Shown here piece after piece: positions 61,801 through 64,000 of a DNA stretch of 64,000 nt; positions within the stretch are counted from its first letter, which is position 1; every line of letters begins with the position of its first letter. The notes under the pieces are model-generated. The model ran no database searches. It was not told the DNA's origin and saw nothing but the letters and a program-made list of their open reading frames with translations. Position numbers and translations under genes: made by a program. Location: positions 25,530 through 89,529 of IMG/VR virus record IMGVR_UViG_3300036770_003326. One strand, given 5' to 3'. The DNA comes from a virus.

Positions 61801-63121
61801 AAACAGGAGTTGCTGAAACTGTTATACCTTCTAATTCTGCTTGTTTTTTCTTTACATCAGAATCGTTAAAAAAATTATTGATAGCTTCTTGCCCTACCGT
61901 ACTACTAGTAGTATGAGTAGCGAAAACTATTTCCGCATCTTTTCCTTGTATTACTTGCTTAATAGATTGTATTTCTAAAGTAGGTTTGCCTTTAAAATCA
62001 ACTACTTTAGCAATTATTCTAATTTTATGACTAGAATCTTTAGGAAAATTTTTTGATGTAAAATATTTTACTATAGTATTAGGGTCACTTAAACTTTCAT
62101 TTAGTTCGTTAATAGGAGTATTGAAGATAGGGTTTTCATCCGTCTTATCTGCAGTATTTGTTATAGGACTATTGCCTGTAGTTTTACTAGCAGTAGTGTC
62201 AGGAATTTTTACTGTTAGTATATTATTTATTGCTTGTTTTTCTGCAGGGCTTAATTTATAAGCTTCTAATACAAACGAACTAGAATTAAATAAATTTCCA
62301 TCTTCTGCAAATAAATCTGTTGTTACTGCGCCTGCATTAGATATAAAAGTATTATAGTCTTCTTTATTAATTTTTAAATAGTCTACTCTAAATACTTGTT
62401 CTCCTAAAAATTCTAAGACATCAGCATAATTATCATAAGTTGCCGTAATGTTTTCAGCTATTTCAGGACTGTATTTAGAAACTATATATTTATTGTTTTT
62501 AAACTCTACAGTAATTCTATAAAAATTAGACTCTATTCTTTTACGTATTTCTTTTATCTTATCTACGTTAGTCTCATTTCTTAAATTATCTAATTCAGTT
62601 CCTAAAGCATTAATTATACTAGTATTTTTAACTAAGTTATTAAATAACCTAACTGGATATAAACCATAAGCAGAAGGTACTAACATGTACGGGATACCTT
62701 CAGTAAGATTTTCTTTTACTTTAATTCCTAATTCAGAATTTAATAAATCTTCTTTTATTTTTTGGTTTTCAGTTCCTTGTCCTGTATAAAGTTCTCCGTT
62801 TACTTTAATTACTAGTTTAAAAGGTTGACCTATTCTTTGTAATAATGTTTGCGGATTTTGTTTTAAAGCTATTTCAGGTTGTCCTGGTTGTTTGCCATTA
62901 TTTAAATTCCTTTGAATTTTTTGTAGAATTCTTACAGTAACAGGAGATTTTTGTATAGTTTGTTTATTAAAACTGGCTAGTTTTTCTTGGGATATTTCAA
63001 ACTTATCTTTAAGATTAATATTATTTTTAGAAAGTAATTCATCTAGTAAACCATTTTCTAATATTTGTTTGAATTCTTCTTCTGTACGAAATTTTCCATC
63101 GTACCAATACTGACAAGCCAT
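52814..63121 (-). CDS. Giant virion RNA polymerase (crAss-like) with zincin-like and NADAR-like domains
   Basis: Catalytic AGLDFDIDK, GYRIPT, VDNAKDP; YHEAFH; 3435 aa. Confidence 0.88.
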   Translation of the reverse strand: MACQYWYDGKFRTEEEFKQILENGLLDELLSKNNINLKDKFEISQEKLASFNKQTIQKSPVTVRILQKIQRNLNNGKQPGQPEIALKQNPQTLLQRIGQPFKLVIKVNGELYTGQGTENQKIKEDLLNSELGIKVKENLTEGIPYMLVPSAYGLYPVRLFNNLVKNTSIINALGTELDNLRNETNVDKIKEIRKRIESNFYRITVEFKNNKYIVSKYSPEIAENITATYDNYADVLEFLGEQVFRVDYLKINKEDYNTFISNAGAVTTDLFAEDGNLFNSSSFVLEAYKLSPAEKQAINNILTVKIPDTTASKTTGNSPITNTADKTDENPIFNTPINELNESLSDPNTIVKYFTSKNFPKDSSHKIRIIAKVVDFKGKPTLEIQSIKQVIQGKDAEIVFATHTTSSTVGQEAINNFFNDSDVKKKQAELEGITVSATPVSDVEAKIALGQEVIDIVWDRLAKQGITNADSIVGTRDTIENVDFDKFWSNVTKEDLENLKKSYQTKKQQQLDLYDKFKGKFDPSTGTFTSNDTSFFDNKIKNVNAELAALEGTPTTSSTINKTITKKRIKLKNPITDFSKDAQALLNNPNPTIEEYNSVVGNYEFDLSADLTEELRADIESQLEDIKNTFEISSAKPKTSIITAAAEEYLTQTAESEVEETVDNILGIPSGQTLEDLMAVSGDIIANEEDVPTGLFDDVDEFGDDADSFQDDNIRTKLAEPRDTPEEIKLDKEKAVEYLKKVFGENYTRRKNKTEKTDRVKGNVRMFRDFENLKNYLPKETWEMLVEARRQGKVLHGLFTEAAMYLWENTEEGTTYHEAFHVVFNLALPLKTRMQLINEAYEKYKDELPLETIVKNGKEYKQLANYKVVEELLADKFVDFTIAAKELEGKQKSYGYLDFRSEVQKSMVTPLDILVGITKGTVKSKDAIAKQFVGMYKMLKGFYTKNSPNIDDLFENINLGTYANKIKFKNTSFKARTSLKDAENIYRYENPIEREHAFTYLKRSMEKILDNERSKIDPDSIMSEAEIINKIGVDKFYSLLLTRLAGTIAKTQSTKPDIAKRLYKLYQILTEGGSKSTKIKEGDTTFYAFTGNTILLELFNNTLRERNIYITLDNEAKNYNGISKTREEENTTIFDDLNEGTTTEEQSYDKSYITVNARESLSHQLKNLLSRLPKYKSNRKNASKVINSLGVEEYEKANVVYSYLISKLSNSYTMKDMMDKLKELNRPYIKDILAAIDQNPKLATDFWVAMGQKNYATFMTIQEDNGVMKVFRSNRRTLDSMIRDVLISEFLDPSNKIFVTDGKYNPEIINLEEANKFYQDVAAMRTASQNSGLWQTPGKKEELFKDIEKVLSDYNISITEDQLHNIWIPRGETGNWRNIGQFLTAVENIAIALTQNSNPFTFLKPSSDEVIGTNLRDKENAKSLVEKLANILQPAAEKEVVSSFRNIDNETVHNLIASGFINKHFETYKDSDKLNAYLEKIGADQLMSEMPFIKDLQDTTNNLQKDLDVVILDGFTRKGKRKSAGYTDMSDIELETCNLAMYSNSNARESAYYKLPIPADKSTLPYVKAKKYTREEVVDKLTDVAALEFNRIITNKKLNKSSLLRLIPNYFKNSTEFKILGFLNGKVSTTAAFNRNEVRAIIDEFLSYDVNTNGFLAKQIEKYKDAGIITGINEATGEFSFVERFIDTNIKKDDRTTFFKDYLVNTYYMNTQLSTLLAGDPSFYKNLGDIQKRFAQVVSPGTYGDTSNLPTYYKAIILNDSIQPTEKQTADHILSIINSSTNLTPQEKKELSVFWTAKTEKSDGNNETDGATYIHPNRRKEQLESLNRWTPEHELAHQRILAGKETIEDLMLINPPFKPEKPFIYTQITVAGKQIPIQIKNAETVLTRSFAETSPELMALYNDMEAGKFTVAMFESAVKVGGVGNSVNAKGKVRFGEYNLKDDKYVLSDNTYIHELPTEDWRLQQETPSHYIDERAGFGTQIKQLILGDLNLDGDYNLLGKTYKGRDIARIYQNTIVQDLKESYKEVEKIFLDSDNKLNWPKITAELRREVIARELGQDYLDAIQAIPVLANGEQIGYETKMPLYHPMLLYTVESLMNSIFRNRITKQKIKGGNLINTTSFGVSNKLKTIVDPVTGTVTYQALLPHSSKKYFPLTPDGKVDIEFIKEKAPDLLRIIGYRIPTEDKYSMFNIEIVGFTPPSMGGTVILPREITTIAGLDFDIDKLYFMAREFYVNSKGIPKVIEYVKKPSNREEALSYAENIYSSFKDLKRFLELYVKDKKTIEKILDSRRQATEAQINNEKTSKEIEGIKQDISKAKEVRDEIKKLKTDLADNYLYQQQQEIIDDLYEYFNEEVASFDLTKGNILKLSKPNLELIADILESKEFNATEYSTKKSRDNLKIDIIQSILSNKNTATAILNPGNFESLKDRAAKIRLLKAGKIEEARLKGDALRQAAEKLDVTQDLDFNYPSTQLELFNRNMMGKKLIGIFANHNVHHAKAQYTNLRLKNPLKVNNKNYQALNNAYVDGKRISRILATDLAAVVDNAKDPIASFLNMNTYTANTIALLERLGIDEDTVFAFINQPSIIALTKLYYINKGSMSEKNMMAEIRKRWTTAAKKRYGGELKTAWDSTLNLEDLEKNITPQNTKEYYEFQLQMLNAFDAINKIALELNEGIMASKIDVTGLGINSSANFVLIQKQQAIYDKISSGDNLIEGLDEMLETKSNQLMNPASNLYGIIKPINIMNQIFPSIGVYNESNKKLIYSVLGNIKRIIGNNKLKSGLTEKEAKMVDTQFLDFIASAFPFFNYSQAKDILQKVPERLQAFKKSLPADSPLRDFVDQLYIKEADNTFKLKRIEFYNTGKTPAEIEAIKYLWERMIKDSDPDVKTLGLDLIKYTYFAQGFGFSPYSFAKLIPLEFWTDKFQRENNILSKEGTTFNRFLRSFLDSNTIAPKKSNVPNEKLIADEGIITNRFIDQFIKNNAGRETFVPTIEIGKYLDKNQEKELLTDEDRETAIVKLAREKGSVKTSKGAIVMLINSNKEYFPFGENNPPVPYIKETNKKGEVKLYKYVERRFQNPLEYGTFSAPDVVVYQPVNTSGYTNFILEYDYYNDIIKPVVIDIAFDYNDAVKGAPKKLGDQMLAVENALIESAPDLMDLMAIEGAMEFMPTTVAPVKKDPNDPKTDKGDILGLSGMPSLPVDIEEITKNVESIKTEKENPFGVILDPNEMPSQNLADLMSGAAALRGIEISSNAKGLAAALTNPTELAKSKDNLTQSYPIEFNGKTYKDVESAYQSLKDKSESQTKPTKENSKNYKLMVDLITAKLQQHPGLVSEITKQGGSAWILASTHQPTKANTVWETGGQNWFIEALNDAYLSIQPTTSQQQGSATNNWEDYRKAMNDLMKINKEGAIELGLLSQEEFLSLSEKEQKAAIWQAKNCY

Positions 63122-63128
63122 AACTAAA

Positions 63129-63611
63129 TTATTTACCTAGTTCTTGATCGAACAATAACATATTATCTGTAAGAGCTAACCTAGCAATAAGATCTAAATA
63201 CTCTCCAACTGCACCTACTTGATGCGTAGTAAACTCTTGTAACAAAAGTACCACTTTTAAAGATAAATCTTCTCTTTTTGCACTAGTTTCGTAAGCAATC
63301 ATTAAATCTTTTTCCATTTGGTAAGCCATTTCTAAAGCAGATTTAATGTCTTGACAATCACAATCTGGAGCTCCAAGAGGTTCTACAGAAATTTCACAAT
63401 TTAAATCATTCATGAATTTTCCAATTTTTCTATAATGATCTCTTTCTCCATTAGACTCATTCATAAAAAAACTTTCTGCACCAAAATAACCCAACATTTT
63501 CATTCTATTTGCTAGCTTTAAATAAGCTTGGGAAGCAGTAAGTTCTAGTTTTCCAAACTTATTTAACTCTTTACATTCTATATCGGTAAGTAATTTTTCC
63601 ATTATTAACAC
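63129..63611 (-). CDS. Ferritin-like protein
   Basis: ELTASQAY, G...FF..ES..ERDH, E, Q ferroxidase-like pattern. Confidence 0.75.
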   Translation of the reverse strand: MLIMEKLLTDIECKELNKFGKLELTASQAYLKLANRMKMLGYFGAESFFMNESNGERDHYRKIGKFMNDLNCEISVEPLGAPDCDCQDIKSALEMAYQMEKDLMIAYETSAKREDLSLKVVLLLQEFTTHQVGAVGEYLDLIARLALTDNMLLFDQELGK

Positions 63612-64000
63612 TTTTTAAATACATTATCTTCATTAGTAAACATTTCAAAATCTGGATTTCCAGGAATTGTAGTTGCTGCTACTAATTCTCCTACAATATT
63701 ATCAAAATTTTCTTGAATAAACTGATTTCTAGATACAAAGTTTTCTGGAAGTATTGCTTCTTTAATTATAGTTGTAATCTCTTCTTTTGTCAATTTATCT
63801 ATAATAGAATTTTTATAACCCATTTGATTTAGTTGAGTTCTTAATTCTGGATTAATTACTGCCCCAACACTTATAGTAGTTGTTTCTACTTCAGTATCTA
63901 CTTCTGATTTTACAATAGCATTTCTTAGTTCACGTAAATGATTAGGCATTCCTGGTTTCCATGACGGGAGTCTTCCTATAAATACATCATTATGATAAAC
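63605..64000 (-). CDS. C-terminal part of a larger protein (5'-partial)
   Basis: Reading frame is open from the window end through the track ATG at 63949. Confidence 0.6.
   Translation of the reverse strand, partial: VYHNDVFIGRLPSWKPGMPNHLRELRNAIVKSEVDTEVETTTISVGAVINPELRTQLNQMGYKNSIIDKLTKEEITTIIKEAILPENFVSRNQFIQENFDNIVGELVAATTIPGNPDFEMFTNEDNVFKKC

Overview
This window is about two-thirds of an AT-rich, crAss-like (Crassvirales-type) phage genome using the standard genetic code. Bacteroidota-type TAnnTTTG promoters point to a Bacteroidota host, possibly an environmental one. The minus strand at 1-18.9 kb carries the tail, capsid and packaging genes (tail fibres, ring/auxiliary proteins, major capsid protein, portal, terminase, HU/IHF-like and RepL-like genes). 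At 18.9-20.4 kb is a divergent strand switch with iteron-like palindromes and a probable structured non-coding RNA region. At 20.4-28 kb are small accessory ORFs. At 28-48.4 kb is the plus-strand replication and metabolism module: PolA split by a group I intron carrying an HNH-like endonuclease, helicases, primase, rIIA/rIIB, an ECF sigma factor, an HDAC-family deacetylase, an SplB-like radical SAM enzyme, a degenerate UDG and a MazG-like protein. At 48.5-64 kb are minus-strand giant cargo proteins, including the virion RNA polymerase with a C-terminal NADAR-like domain, and a ferritin. The most striking structure is at 22.4-26.4 kb. It is an array of small ORFs joined by 14 copies of a ~23-bp junction repeat (AACCTTTAAATCAGAATA[A/G][A/G]ATG, encoding 'TFKSE-stop-Met'). 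Many of these ORFs are constant/variable mosaics. Nested inside the array are two integron-style gene cassettes bounded by three attC-like palindromes, with no integrase in the window. All product calls come from reading motifs and synteny by eye; no database searches were run.
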